Assembly (NCBI GenBank): GCA_963555825.3 | Contig: CAUVXB020000002.1 | Coordinates: 2,880,001-2,944,000 of the forward strand | Length of the DNA: 64,000 bases | DNA from: Alphaproteobacteria bacterium | GTDB lineage: Bacteria > Pseudomonadota > Alphaproteobacteria > JAAXGF01 | Direction of reading: 5' to 3' | Shown here: piece by piece, positions 63,926-64,000 of the stretch | How the letters are laid out: the number at the start of each line of letters is the position of its first letter | How positions within the stretch are numbered: the stretch's first letter is position 1 | The notes under the pieces: model-generated | Told to the model about the DNA's origin: nothing | The model's database searches: none | The model's input: only the letters and a program-made list of their open reading frames with translations | Translations under genes and position numbers: made by a program

Positions 63926-64000
63926 TCACGCGCCAATGACCGCCGGCCGCGCAGTGCGCCGCTCGGAGGTATGCTTGATCAGGACGGCGGCGCCGTTGAC
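63926..64000 (-). CDS. tupB: 3' end of probable tungstate ABC permease (partial)
   Basis: VNGAAVLIKHTSERR...stop immediately upstream of tupC; call rests mainly on operon context. Confidence 0.55.
   Translation of the reverse strand, partial: VNGAAVLIKHTSERRTARPAVIGA

Overview
High-GC bacterial chromosomal segment, most consistent with an alphaproteobacterium (Rhodospirillales-like gene content; inferred, not searched). About 55 CDS, mostly metabolic: a xanthine-dehydrogenase-family Mo subunit, ppk2/sixA/ppk1, an orphan frameshifted GspD secretin, two tandem enolase-superfamily enzymes, a cytoplasmic BisC-like S/N-oxide reductase, MFS transporters, hicAB, an amidase/DddP-like/aminotransferase group next to a beta-oxidation operon with an ACAD10/11- or Lva-like kinase plus dehydrogenase pair, lemA-DUF2207, gloB, speB and a tungstate ABC operon with two TupA paralogues. 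Five different, apparently recent IS elements (IS630, ISKra4-like, IS256, IS1182-like nested in the IS256 end, and an IS3/IS481-like element with a 15-bp target duplication) all hit two lower-GC accessory genes, and both genes reconstruct in frame. The most unusual material is non-coding: (i) a TA-flanked, highly folded MITE nested in a second MITE of the same two-lobed design (28700-29280); (ii) a four-copy structured intergenic repeat with conserved stems and an internal 20-bp VNTR; (iii) a 75-bp REPIN-like inverted repeat present twice with an identical 29-nt spacer length; (iv) ATGTC...GACAT palindromes bracketing accessory genes. Three single-base deletions (gspD, hicA, amidase) and a 39-nt G run may be sequencing or assembly errors. 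No rRNA, tRNA or CRISPR array was seen. All family calls come from motif recognition by eye; no database searches were run.
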